The position numbers and the translations under genes were made by a program. DNA of 39,810 bases from a virus (Duplodnaviria; Caudoviricetes): IMG/VR virus record IMGVR_UViG_3300008255_000231, positions 1 through 39,810 of that record. One strand, 5' to 3'. The notes beneath the pieces are model-generated. The model was not told where the DNA came from and did no database searches. It worked only from the letters and a program-made list of their open reading frames with translations. Shown piece by piece: positions 27,329 to 36,190 of this stretch (positions are counted from its first letter, which is position 1; the number at the start of each line of letters is the position of its first letter).

Positions 27329-27486
27329 TTGACATCCTCACAGCGTTTGTCATTTAGTAAGTGCAGGCACCTTTTACCGTGTGGGCTGGGTAGCTCTACG
27401 GCCCCACCGCGCCGGTGTTGTTCACAACAGCCTTGTTGCTGCAACAGGACAACACTGAACAATAGGGCAACGACTAGTTTTCTCAT
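27325..27486 (-). CDS. 53-aa exported or lipo-peptide (MRKLVVALLFSVVLLQQQGCC...)
   Basis: Manual translation; ATGA overlaps at both ends. Confidence 0.6.
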   Translation of the reverse strand: MRKLVVALLFSVVLLQQQGCCEQHRRGGAVELPSPHGKRCLHLLNDKRCEDVK

Positions 27487-29519
27487 TTTGCTTCGCTCCA
27501 GTTCTTACCAATGTTAGCGCTTACCCGCAAAGGGACGGAAAGTAGCCCTTCTTGTGGATGTTCCATACATTCTACCAAGATTTCCTTCGCTGCGGTAGCA
27601 TTCTCATCCGGTACCTCGAGGATAAGCTCATCATGTATCTGCAGGATTAGCTTTGCTCCCAGTTTACGTAATCTTGCGTCGCGCGCTACTTTAGACATGG
27701 CCAAGGTTACTATGTCGGCTGCTGTACCCTGAATAGGGGAATTCAGAGCTTGTCGCATAGCTGCAGCCTTTAGCTTCTTCTTCTCATCGGTGTCTGGGAA
27801 CAGGCGTGCGTGCGGCAAAGGTCTCCTCCTGCCAAGAATGGTTTGTACGTAACCTAGCTTTTCTGCGCGTCGCTGTTGCCACTCGTGGAACTCGGCGATG
27901 CCATATTCCTCCTTGATTACCTTGATTATGTCGGCTGCTTCCTTCCAGGACATGTTTAACTGCAGGCCGAGACTTTTCGGACCCTTACCGTAGTTTAAGC
28001 CATAAATTACGGATTTGGCTGCATGGCGCATCGGGTGCACCAACTTGTCATCCTTAAGGATGTACTCACGACCGGGCCAACAGCGGTCTGCTACTGCGTT
28101 GTGGATATCCCCGAGCAGAATATCGGCCGCAAGACTACTATTCTGAAAGGTCTTTTGGAGGATATGCGCTAACACTACCAGCTCTAGCTGTGAGTAATCG
28201 CACACTACCATGCTGTGCCCTGGGGCCGATATGAAGCACTTACGAAAGCCGTACTCGTCACGAGCTGGAATCTGCTGCAGATTCGGATTCCTACTACTCA
28301 AACGCCCGGTATCGGTATCGGGGCTTAGTACGCAGTGTATACGCCCGTCGGGACCTGTGCTTGACTCATCCATTTTTGTCAAGTATTGCAGTAACTTAGT
28401 GGTCTCCTTGTACTTCAGCATACTATCGTACAGCCGAGGATAATCCGAATTATCGCGATGCCAGCACAAAGCGCCGAAGTCCGTAGGTCTTTTATCGGCT
28501 TTTGGGGCATGTAGCGCACTCGAGGAACCGCAGACAGGTGGAATCGGCTGGCCTTGCGTTTCGTAAATAAATTCAGCTACTTGCTTCGGGCTATCAAGGT
28601 TGATGTCAGTCCAGGATCGTACGGCCTGCAGGGCCTGATTTCGGTCTTCCACCAGACGGGCTGTAATGTCCTTAGAGCGCTCGGAATCCCAGAGCACTCC
28701 TGCTCGCTCAATCTCGTTAAGGGCGTACAGCGACTCGGTCCAAGGGCCTGCATAGAAGTCCCATAGGCTACCTGTACGGGCCGCTATCTTATCTAGCTGA
28801 GGCTGCAGCACCTCGTAGAGCTCTAGAGCTGCAACGGCATCTAGGACCGCATAATCAATCATGGCAGGGATGCGCTCCGGGAACTCGGCAATAAATATAT
28901 CTAGTGGGATATATTCTCGAGCACTACCGAATCGCCAGACTTCTCCCCCATAGATGACGGGAACCCGACGTCCGTCAATCTTTTTCCAGCTTGTGCGGAA
29001 TTCCTGCACCTTCTTCTCGAGTATTTTAGGCTTGGTGAAAAGGTCAACAAATGAGTTGATATTCTTGTAGCCGAGCGTTTTGGTCATGTGGTCCTTTAGG
29101 CCGTGTCCCCACAGCTTATCGGACCGTAACATCTTGCTCATGCGCAGGGTGTCGACTAGGCCTTGTACGTCCAGACCGTGATTGAGCGTGACTTGTCGAT
29201 CGAAGGAAAAACCGTTGTGGGCACATTTGGTAATTTTCTCATCCGCCAGAACCCCTGCAAGCTCCACAAGATAAGAAGAATACCCATCCCAATTAGGTAC
29301 AAAAGCAGAATCCATTCCACCACTTGATGATCTCCAAGCAAAAGTAGAGCAAAAAATTCGACCTGTACCGACCGGAGACTGAACTTTTGGATCGACACCT
29401 ACGGTCTCTATATCCCAGCCGATAATGCGCTGCTCACTTAGCTTTTTTGCTAGGTCTTTTACGCTTTTTAGTGTCCAGCAACAACTTAAGTTGCTCAAGG
29501 GAGTACCTTTCGAAGTCAT
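27483..29519 (-). CDS. Family A DNA polymerase with 3'-5' exonuclease (start uncertain)
   Basis: DIET, HNGFSFD, YAVLDA, TGRLSS.NPNLQQIP, DYSQLEL, RHAAKSVIYGLNYG, QIHDE. Confidence 0.96.
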   Translation of the reverse strand: MTSKGTPLSNLSCCWTLKSVKDLAKKLSEQRIIGWDIETVGVDPKVQSPVGTGRIFCSTFAWRSSSGGMDSAFVPNWDGYSSYLVELAGVLADEKITKCAHNGFSFDRQVTLNHGLDVQGLVDTLRMSKMLRSDKLWGHGLKDHMTKTLGYKNINSFVDLFTKPKILEKKVQEFRTSWKKIDGRRVPVIYGGEVWRFGSAREYIPLDIFIAEFPERIPAMIDYAVLDAVAALELYEVLQPQLDKIAARTGSLWDFYAGPWTESLYALNEIERAGVLWDSERSKDITARLVEDRNQALQAVRSWTDINLDSPKQVAEFIYETQGQPIPPVCGSSSALHAPKADKRPTDFGALCWHRDNSDYPRLYDSMLKYKETTKLLQYLTKMDESSTGPDGRIHCVLSPDTDTGRLSSRNPNLQQIPARDEYGFRKCFISAPGHSMVVCDYSQLELVVLAHILQKTFQNSSLAADILLGDIHNAVADRCWPGREYILKDDKLVHPMRHAAKSVIYGLNYGKGPKSLGLQLNMSWKEAADIIKVIKEEYGIAEFHEWQQRRAEKLGYVQTILGRRRPLPHARLFPDTDEKKKLKAAAMRQALNSPIQGTAADIVTLAMSKVARDARLRKLGAKLILQIHDELILEVPDENATAAKEILVECMEHPQEGLLSVPLRVSANIGKNWSEAK

Positions 29520-30204
29520 ACTGGCCTTTCTTGTAAAACCGTTTCACTACGGTGCCGCGGAAATGATCCTGCCCCTGGTGGGTCAGATAACTAAGCTTAT
29601 ACGGATAGGCCGAGCCGACAATCATACTCTGGATAATACCACTACCGGTGTAGGATTCATGGTAGTCAAAGCCCTGCAGGTGTCCGGCTGTGCAGGACAT
29701 ATGCTCTCGGCTTGCCTGCATACGAGCAGTACGTGCACCGGACTTGTTCTGCATTACGCGCCCATCGGCGCTGCGGGGGAAAAAATGGCTGTAGGTAACA
29801 CCATCAATCTTTACGGTGTCCAAGAAGTCAAAAACCTCCCACCCTGGGAGATTAAGATTGTGATAGCCTAACAGGCCTTCGAGCTCGGCATGGTCATCAA
29901 CGAAGCGTTCAATACGCTGTTCATGATTCCCTATTAGGAACACCTTACGCGCCGTTACGGGGATATAGCTCACTAGGAGATCCATAGCCTCATTACCGGC
30001 TATTACATCGTAGGTGTAGCGATTGTTCTCGCCGCTGCGCTTACCGCGGTCGTAACTGCTTAAGGAGTGCATATCCCACCAATCCCCTAAGCAGATCACT
30101 ACATCGGGATTAACATGCGCGATATGCTGGCCAATGAGCTGTACATGTGACAACCCTCGGCGCGGTTGAATCTGCATGTCTGGGATTATGTAGTGTGTTC
30201 TCAT
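29434..30204 (-). CDS. Calcineurin-like metallophosphoesterase
   Basis: IPDMQ, GDWWD, GNHE, GH motifs. Confidence 0.88.
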   Translation of the reverse strand: MRTHYIIPDMQIQPRRGLSHVQLIGQHIAHVNPDVVICLGDWWDMHSLSSYDRGKRSGENNRYTYDVIAGNEAMDLLVSYIPVTARKVFLIGNHEQRIERFVDDHAELEGLLGYHNLNLPGWEVFDFLDTVKIDGVTYSHFFPRSADGRVMQNKSGARTARMQASREHMSCTAGHLQGFDYHESYTGSGIIQSMIVGSAYPYKLSYLTHQGQDHFRGTVVKRFYKKGQYDFERYSLEQLKLLLDTKKRKRPSKKAK

Positions 30205-30593
30205 GGCGTGGGGTTCCCGTTCATACCCCCTTCACAATAGTCACGGAACACGCCTGCTAGGTAATCAACATCGCCGCCATTCTTTACGCAGGTCCAGATG
30301 GCCCAAAAGATTTCAAATTCCTCAGTACCGTCAGTGAGCTCCCAGGCCAGCTCTACCTGCCAGGGCTTTAGCTCGTGGCTGGGTCGGAGCAAACCCACCA
30401 TGAGGTCCCCACCACGGGATACCGCAAACTTAAGATAAGCACGCCATTTATCCCGGTTATCCTCATACGTACCCTTGCCAAACCTACGACAAATATACTT
30501 AAGACAATTATGGATCTCGGTGCCAAGGCTCCAGTCTACTGCCAGCCAGTAAGGCTCTATTGAGCTATACGAGTAGTGTTTCGGTCCCATCAT
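30201..30593 (-). CDS. DUF3310 / SaV-like protein
   Basis: PKHY...IEP...NCLKYICR..KG..ED pattern. Confidence 0.65.
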   Translation of the reverse strand: MMGPKHYSYSSIEPYWLAVDWSLGTEIHNCLKYICRRFGKGTYEDNRDKWRAYLKFAVSRGGDLMVGLLRPSHELKPWQVELAWELTDGTEEFEIFWAIWTCVKNGGDVDYLAGVFRDYCEGGMNGNPTP

Positions 30594-30732
30594 GTATATC
30601 CTCTCTGATCAGGTCGCGCAGTCTTTCTACTGAGCGGTAAAGTAGCCAGGATTTCTCATCGGCGTCATCTATTTCGTCTGCGTTAACAAGAATACAGGTA
30701 AGCTCATCTTCTAAGTCAAGTAAGTATAACAT
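30565..30732 (-). CDS. 55-aa acidic hypothetical protein
   Basis: Manual translation MLYLLDLEDELT...; GAGG RBS; fills gap. Confidence 0.55.
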   Translation of the reverse strand: MLYLLDLEDELTCILVNADEIDDADEKSWLLYRSVERLRDLIREDIHDGTETLLV

Positions 30733-31135
30733 TCTTTTCCTCGATAACTACGGTTATGTAGTCTTCCTTTGTTTTCGACTTCTCCTGTTTGTAGTATGCG
30801 ATCATTAGCTTCGGGGAATCATCAACGAAATAGCCGCAGCGGACAAGGGTATCAATAAGAGGTTTGCCACCCCCGACAAGGTTAGCATAGTCAAAATCAC
30901 GCTTGCGAGCACCATAATGACGAGTAAACCAGACACGACGCTGTCCCTGCGCGGGTTCTTCCGCTGGCCGGGTCGCTTTTTCAAATTTATCTCGCCAGCG
31001 ACGGTACTTAAATCCGCTTCTTCCCTTGAGGTTGCTCGATAACTCATTCTGCGATGGCCAGCTTTCCTTTATGATGAATGTACACACCTGCGTGTACAAC
31101 TCGTCCGGATCGTAGTTGCAGGCTTTACATAACAT
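30716..31135 (-). CDS. RusA-like Holliday junction resolvase
   Basis: PSQN, DYANLVGGGKPLIDTLV.CGYFVDDS. Confidence 0.78.
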   Translation of the reverse strand: MLCKACNYDPDELYTQVCTFIIKESWPSQNELSSNLKGRSGFKYRRWRDKFEKATRPAEEPAQGQRRVWFTRHYGARKRDFDYANLVGGGKPLIDTLVRCGYFVDDSPKLMIAYYKQEKSKTKEDYITVVIEEKNVILT

Positions 31136-32064
31136 TAGTAGCCTATTTCCTTATCCACATCGGTTAACTCCAATTCCTCAGCGTTATCAAAGCTTTGCAC
31201 CCGGCCTGTCGGCAGCTCAACCACACAGCGAGTACATACGTTTGTACGACCAAAACGATTCTTGCGGATCCATAGTTCGAGCAAACTTTCGTAGGCCTTG
31301 TCGCTATAGGTTTTAGCAAAGCTCTCGTACTCTTCGTCACCGTAGTTCCATGGTCGGTAAGCTGCTATGGCTAGCTTACACCCAAACTCCAGGAATGACG
31401 ACCCAAATAGGTCTTTCATGGTGGGTCGCTTGTTCTTACGGGCCAGAATGCGTTCGCGGCTGACCTGGCTTACCAGCAATACCGCGAAGTTAAGCTCCTT
31501 AGCCACGGATTGTAGGCGTTTAACGACCTCCTCTAGACCCCTACGGTCGGCCGAATCACAAAAGACATGCGAGAAGTCGATTAGTTGCGCGTAATCAATG
31601 CTTACTAGGTCTAGTTCACCTTCGGCCTTGACCTTACGTACAAGCATTTCAATGTTTGATAGGTTAGGCGTGAGCTCACCCTCTTCCACCACTATATGGC
31701 GACGCGAAGGTATCGAATCCTTACAGGCCTTTTGTAGGGCACGCAGCTCTGCTTCATCGAGCTTACCACTTACTACGCGGGCATAAGGTATACCCGATAC
31801 GCGGGAAAGCCGCATAGCCCCGATAAGGTTGGCCGCATCCTCTAGACTGTAGTCCAATACCGTGAAGCCCTGGTCCAGTACGTGGTCTACTATGTTGGCC
31901 TTAATGGTGGTCTTGAAATTACCGCTCTCAGCAAAGAGTAGACTGATCATGCCACGCGGGATGCCCGTAGGTACATGCTCAGCTAGGTAGTCCGGTAGTG
32001 GTAGACCAAAGCTCGTTTCCTCACTACCTATGCAGTCGGGCAAAATATCATAAAGACATCTCAT
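31135..32064 (-). CDS. DnaB-like (SF4) helicase, ATPase domain only
   Basis: Walker A AESGNFKT, SLED, IDYAQL, LVSQVSR, RPTMKDL, KNRFG. Confidence 0.9.
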   Translation of the reverse strand: MRCLYDILPDCIGSEETSFGLPLPDYLAEHVPTGIPRGMISLLFAESGNFKTTIKANIVDHVLDQGFTVLDYSLEDAANLIGAMRLSRVSGIPYARVVSGKLDEAELRALQKACKDSIPSRRHIVVEEGELTPNLSNIEMLVRKVKAEGELDLVSIDYAQLIDFSHVFCDSADRRGLEEVVKRLQSVAKELNFAVLLVSQVSRERILARKNKRPTMKDLFGSSFLEFGCKLAIAAYRPWNYGDEEYESFAKTYSDKAYESLLELWIRKNRFGRTNVCTRCVVELPTGRVQSFDNAEELELTDVDKEIGY

Positions 32065-32357
32065 TTACTTACCCACTCGTCGAGTACTTTTAAGGGTACC
32101 CAGAACACCAAATAGGCGCCTACGGCGCTGCAATACGCGCAACAATTTTCCGCGTCATTCTCTAGGTTGATGTGTGGATTTTCAATGATCGCTGCCAGCC
32201 CATCGAGCTCACGGAAAGTGACCTCTCGCCCATCAGTAAGGTTCTTGAAAAAGCAATACCCCCAGCGGGTGGTATCACGATTGGGCCAACGGGTTACCCC
32301 ACCGCGTGGTTCATTACTATCAAGCAGCGCACTAATAATATTCTTTTGCGTAATCAT
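32061..32357 (-). CDS. Hypothetical protein
   Basis: 98 aa, AGGAGG RBS. Confidence 0.7.
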   Translation of the reverse strand: MITQKNIISALLDSNEPRGGVTRWPNRDTTRWGYCFFKNLTDGREVTFRELDGLAAIIENPHINLENDAENCCAYCSAVGAYLVFWVPLKVLDEWVSK

Positions 32358-32366
32358 GGACCTCCT

Positions 32367-32404
32367 AAAAGAAAGGGGCAGAGCCAGCGCGCCAGCCCTA
32401 CCCC
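32367..32404 (-). terminator. Rho-independent terminator after SSB-like gene
   Basis: GGGGTAGGGCTGGC-GC-GCTGGCTCTGCCCC-TTTCTTTT on the minus strand. Confidence 0.75.
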
Positions 32405-32421
32405 CATCCCCCTACCGTGGG

Positions 32422-32790
32422 TTAGAACCCGATATCAGCGACGATAGCGTTGTACTTCAAGATGTCTGCGTTTTCCATCTCTCGCCCCGTATACCGGCGC
32501 GGGGTGTTAACGAACTGCACGTACTTCTCATCTTTAGCGGAAAGCACGACGCTAACCTCTGTGCCTTTGGGAGCAACAACCGGGAAAGCCTTTTTCTGCC
32601 CAAGGGCTTTCATGGCCGCTACTGCACCCTTAAACTGGTTTTCGTCGGTCAGATCCTTGTAGAAGACATGCTCCATACCGTCGTTGGTTTCGAATACAAG
32701 CAGTAGAGTTTTTTTCTCCGCGTTGTAATCATGCCCCGTAAACTTCGCGCTGTAGGTAGCGCCTCTTTCGAACTTCTTTTCTGTACTCAT
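32422..32790 (-). CDS. Putative single-stranded DNA-binding protein
   Basis: Follows ERF, beta-rich, ends DIGF; mainly synteny. Confidence 0.5.
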   Translation of the reverse strand: MSTEKKFERGATYSAKFTGHDYNAEKKTLLLVFETNDGMEHVFYKDLTDENQFKGAVAAMKALGQKKAFPVVAPKGTEVSVVLSAKDEKYVQFVNTPRRYTGREMENADILKYNAIVADIGF

Positions 32791-32794
32791 TTAC

Positions 32795-33265
32795 TTATCC
32801 TTTCTTAGCGAAGTATTTGCTTTTAAACGAACTAGTATCGACTTCCACTACGTCCTTATCCCCATCATCTAGTACTCCCCCGACTACTGGGATTATGAAG
32901 GTTTGGAACGCAAAATATTTATAACACATTGAGAGCGCTTTAGAGCTAGCTTTATCCCCAAAATCTATAGCTTCTGCTAGGTAGGAAACTGTACAACTCG
33001 AGCTATCTTCGCTACACACAAGCGTGTATGTGCCGCGGACTACTACTCGAAAACCCTTACCACCCGGGGCTGTTTCCTCGGAAATGTACTCATAATTTGG
33101 AAGCACAGCTAGCTTTGCTTGGCGCAGTGGCTCGCCGAGTAGGTTTTGCACGTCATCGATGCCGCGGAACTTCCATCCTTGCGCAGCGTTCTTCTGATTC
33201 TTGCCGATGGCAGGGATCAAGCTCCCGGCCTTAAGAATTGCCGCATATACCATTGGTGTCGTCAT
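32795..33265 (-). CDS. ERF-family single-strand annealing protein
   Basis: IGKNQKN..QGWKFRGIDDV, D.GDKASSKALSMCYKY, DDGD. Confidence 0.85.
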   Translation of the reverse strand: MTTPMVYAAILKAGSLIPAIGKNQKNAAQGWKFRGIDDVQNLLGEPLRQAKLAVLPNYEYISEETAPGGKGFRVVVRGTYTLVCSEDSSSCTVSYLAEAIDFGDKASSKALSMCYKYFAFQTFIIPVVGGVLDDGDKDVVEVDTSSFKSKYFAKKG

Positions 33266-33511
33266 TTAGTTCATATCCTCCGGAAGTTTAGCCGCTGCTG
33301 CTTCGGCTGTTCTCTTAGCCAATAACTCAAAGCTGGTCTTGTACGCACAACAGGCCAGGTATAACCCCGACAACGTCTCTGAGGAACTACTACCCGCCCT
33401 TATGCAGTCTACGGCCCAATTCGTTAGGGCCTCTATAGCTTCGCGCTTAATTTCGACCAATCGCGCTAACTCCGCGGCCGTATCCACAGGCGGTAACTCC
33501 TTAGAACTCAT
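33266..33511 (-). CDS. Hypothetical protein (MSSKELPP...)
   Basis: ORF track 33266-33544; ATGA coupling at 33511. Confidence 0.65.
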   Translation of the reverse strand: MSSKELPPVDTAAELARLVEIKREAIEALTNWAVDCIRAGSSSSETLSGLYLACCAYKTSFELLAKRTAEAAAAKLPEDMN

Positions 33512-34287
33512 TCTTTCCCCCAACATTCCTGGTAGTATTCGCACTCACGGTTGAATGCTTGACAAGAATCCCCATTCCTGTCGAAGGTACCTGTCTGCTC
33601 GCAGTAAAGCATGAGCTTGTGAGCAGCCTTCACATCCTTTATACACGAATCCAACGTATCTGACGAGTATTTCATCACGTGTCGCTGCAAAAAGGCATCG
33701 GGTTTGTTAGTGACCTCTTCCTCGTTGTCTTTGCGCTTGAAGGTAGGCCTTCGGATGACATCATATACGACCGCATCCACGGGAAAGCCCAGTTTTGCTG
33801 CAGCAAAGGCATAAATCTTGGTTTGTGTATCGGTTAATTTACGTAGGTACCATGCACCACCAGTGGAGATGTCCCCTGATCTGGTGGTCTTATGCTCAAT
33901 TAATAGAATTTTGCCTTCTGAGCTACGCACAAGCGCATCAAAAACCACAGTAACTGTAACACCATCTACGTCTATCCTCTGTTTGTCCTCCACTAGTAGC
34001 GGGGTAAAGCCTATGTCTTGGTCTTCCCAGCGGACTACGTAGGTCTTAATCATGATACGTAGAGTTTCTTCCATCCACTGAGGATGTTTCTCTTTGAAAG
34101 CTATTCGTACTAGCTCTTCTGTGTTACGCTCACCGGTCCAGTAGGCAGCCATGGCGGCATGAAACGCGGTTCCATACTTAAGATCTGCCGATTCTTGTTC
34201 GGGCTCCCACTTATCCAAATATCGGTACTTCCAGTACCTGCGGCATCGATTGAAAGCACCAAGAGAGCTATTACTAAGGCTAATCAC
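33508..34287 (-). CDS. Cas4/AddB-like PD-(D/E)XK exonuclease
   Basis: LSNSS..C, GTAFH, D..IEHKT, QTKIY, three C-terminal Cys; GTG start coupled at 34287. Confidence 0.88.
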   Translation of the reverse strand: MISLSNSSLGAFNRCRRYWKYRYLDKWEPEQESADLKYGTAFHAAMAAYWTGERNTEELVRIAFKEKHPQWMEETLRIMIKTYVVRWEDQDIGFTPLLVEDKQRIDVDGVTVTVVFDALVRSSEGKILLIEHKTTRSGDISTGGAWYLRKLTDTQTKIYAFAAAKLGFPVDAVVYDVIRRPTFKRKDNEEEVTNKPDAFLQRHVMKYSSDTLDSCIKDVKAAHKLMLYCEQTGTFDRNGDSCQAFNRECEYYQECWGKE

Positions 34288-35024
34288 AATACTTCCGCAT
34301 CGGCCAGAAATGGCGTAGGCCACATGCTCTCGCCGTAGTTAAAGTGCTTGGGCCGGTACACCTCAAAGTGAAGATGGACTAGTCCTTTACCAGCTAGCCC
34401 GCCGCAAAGGCCTATGTGCTCACCACAGGTAACCTTATCCTCTTGAAATACACGCCGGGTGCGCAAATGCCTGTATTGTGTAATCCATCCGTCGGGGTGT
34501 TCAATAGCGATCGTAAACTGGTTGTTGGCCCACTCGGATTTGATAACCTTACCTTCGGCTACGGTACTCACTTCAGTACATGGAGGTACCCACCACGAAC
34601 CTTCATAATGATCTCCAGGTAACTCTCGTTTCGGCGGGTCGCGCAGTTCACTATACCGGTACATAATATCACAACCCTGATGACCCGTATACGGCTTACC
34701 CTTGTAAGTATAGGCCCCAGGAGCTCGGCTTGGATTGTTCAACCAGTGGTCACTAGTAATCTCCGGTTCCCGCCCACCATACGAGGGTAGAGGGTAGATC
34801 TTTTTGTAGTTACACTCGTGCGCGTAGTCCTTGCGCGCGTTCATCGAGAGAAGCGCTTTAGCGGTACCTCGGAGCACCCCGAGGGTTTTCGGGCCTAGCT
34901 TCCCATCGGCGGTTAGCTTTTCCGCTAACTGGTATTGCTTTACCATGAGGCTGAAGTCGGCCCAGGTGACCTTCCCTTCCACCATTTGTTGTTCGTTATA
35001 CTCTGCAGCATTTATAGCGGTCAC
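34284..35024 (-). CDS. M23 peptidase endolysin with N-terminal peptidoglycan-binding domain
   Basis: YQ...LTADGKLGPKT, HQGCD (HxxxD), YRHL, HLHFEV. Confidence 0.88.
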   Translation of the reverse strand: MTAINAAEYNEQQMVEGKVTWADFSLMVKQYQLAEKLTADGKLGPKTLGVLRGTAKALLSMNARKDYAHECNYKKIYPLPSYGGREPEITSDHWLNNPSRAPGAYTYKGKPYTGHQGCDIMYRYSELRDPPKRELPGDHYEGSWWVPPCTEVSTVAEGKVIKSEWANNQFTIAIEHPDGWITQYRHLRTRRVFQEDKVTCGEHIGLCGGLAGKGLVHLHFEVYRPKHFNYGESMWPTPFLADAEVL

Positions 35025-35191
35025 GCTTCCTCCATTATGATTACACGGAACATTATTGATGACTGTCTGTGGTGCAAGCGTACATGCTCGCGTACAGCCT
35101 TCTTAAGGTCATCTAAAAACTGGTCCAGACCGACAACGTTATTGCCGTCGGTGTTGTACAGATAGTCCTTGTTAACTATCGTTTTGGTCAT
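35021..35191 (-). CDS. 56-aa hypothetical protein
   Basis: Manual translation MTKTIVNKDY...; GAGG RBS. Confidence 0.55.
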   Translation of the reverse strand: MTKTIVNKDYLYNTDGNNVVGLDQFLDDLKKAVREHVRLHHRQSSIMFRVIIMEEA

Positions 35192-35318
35192 CCAATTCCT
35201 CGACGTCTATGCTTGCCCACGGGATGCCTGCAATTATATCATCAATCATCTCTTGGAGCTGTAGGGCATCGTCGGCCTCTAGTACCTCCTGGAACCTAAC
35301 TGTTAGTCGCCACTTCAT
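35172..35318 (-). CDS. 48-aa hypothetical protein
   Basis: Manual translation MKWRLTVRFQE...; GGAGGAG RBS. Confidence 0.55.
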   Translation of the reverse strand: MKWRLTVRFQEVLEADDALQLQEMIDDIIAGIPWASIDVEELDDQNDS

Positions 35319-35460
35319 CGGTCTCCTCCACTGTCGTCTGTAGCTCCTCGGCTACTTGTTTTGTATAATGCTCCAAGTAATGTGCTCTAAGGTTATTATA
35401 GTCTTGGAATGTACGCACCAACCACGTAAGTACACGTTTCTGATCTTCATCTAGCGGCAT
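35296..35460 (-). CDS. 54-aa hypothetical protein
   Basis: Manual translation MPLDEDQKRV...; GGAGG RBS, TAATG coupling. Confidence 0.6.
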   Translation of the reverse strand: MPLDEDQKRVLTWLVRTFQDYNNLRAHYLEHYTKQVAEELQTTVEETDEVATNS

Positions 35461-35708
35461 TAGTTATCCTCCCTGGGCTTATACTGAATTTGGATATTGC
35501 CCCATTTCCTGGTTTCGCCCGTTTCTGTACAGGAGAAAATGATATCATAGAACGCACGTCCAAGCCGTTCATTCTTGAGAACCAGCGTGATACCCGAGTA
35601 ACAATGTAGGGTTGCCCGCCCTTTGCTATTCACCAGATATGCAGTAGTTGTATGTACACAATCTTCGGCTTGTGCCGCCGGGTCGTTTGCCTTTTTGTAT
35701 TCCCTCAC
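35460..35708 (-). CDS. Hypothetical protein
   Basis: 82-aa ORF within the operon. Confidence 0.55.
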   Translation of the reverse strand: MREYKKANDPAAQAEDCVHTTTAYLVNSKGRATLHCYSGITLVLKNERLGRAFYDIIFSCTETGETRKWGNIQIQYKPREDN

Positions 35709-35723
35709 CTTGTTGAGATTAGT

Positions 35724-36044
35724 TTACCCGCGCTGTACAGTCAAGATTCTTTTCACCTTTCTCATTGCACTATTTTCGATTTGTCGGATACGCTCCCGAC
35801 ATAATCCTAGTATGTCACCAACCTCGGTGTGTGTCATACCATCGGGATGTTGATCTATTATGTCCAGTATGCACGAAGGGCTGGTGCCATCAAGTACTTC
35901 GGCCCGGAGCTTAAGCCCACGCTTTCCGTAGGGCCCTCCACGGCCGTCTACGAAGTCTGGAGCCATATGATACTGGCAGCTGAACTTCGGGCAAGGACGG
36001 GGCCCATCGAGGCAATCGGAGCGGTAACGTATGTTCACGAGCAC
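35724..36044 (-). CDS. Cys-rich sigma70 region-4 HTH DNA-binding protein
   Basis: GMTHTEVGDILGLCRERIRQIENSAMRK; N-terminal DC..GPRPCP..SC.YH. Confidence 0.85.
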   Translation of the reverse strand: MLVNIRYRSDCLDGPRPCPKFSCQYHMAPDFVDGRGGPYGKRGLKLRAEVLDGTSPSCILDIIDQHPDGMTHTEVGDILGLCRERIRQIENSAMRKVKRILTVQRG

Positions 36045-36154
36045 TTCCTTTCATCGCATTTGAGGCCTTCACGGCACTGATTACAAAGACGTCGCTTGCA
36101 GCGAAAACACCGGGATTCGGCCGGCACCCGTTGGCAGTATTCGCATAAAGTCAT
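36035..36154 (-). CDS. 39-aa zinc-finger protein (B-box-like), leaderless
   Basis: Manual translation MTLCEYCQRVPAESRCFRCKRRLCNQC... Confidence 0.6.
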   Translation of the reverse strand: MTLCEYCQRVPAESRCFRCKRRLCNQCREGLKCDERKCS

Positions 36155-36161
36155 TAACTTA

Positions 36162-36190
36162 AAAGTACAGGTAGTAATTGTGGCTGTCAA
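36162..36190 (-). promoter_or_regulatory. sigma70 promoter for the replication arm
   Basis: TTGACA-17nt-TACTTT, 7 nt upstream of ATG 36154. Confidence 0.75.

Noticed and set aside
33508-34287. CRISPR-Cas system suggested by the Cas4-like gene
   Set aside because: No repeat-spacer array or other cas genes; the ERF/SSB context indicates recombination.
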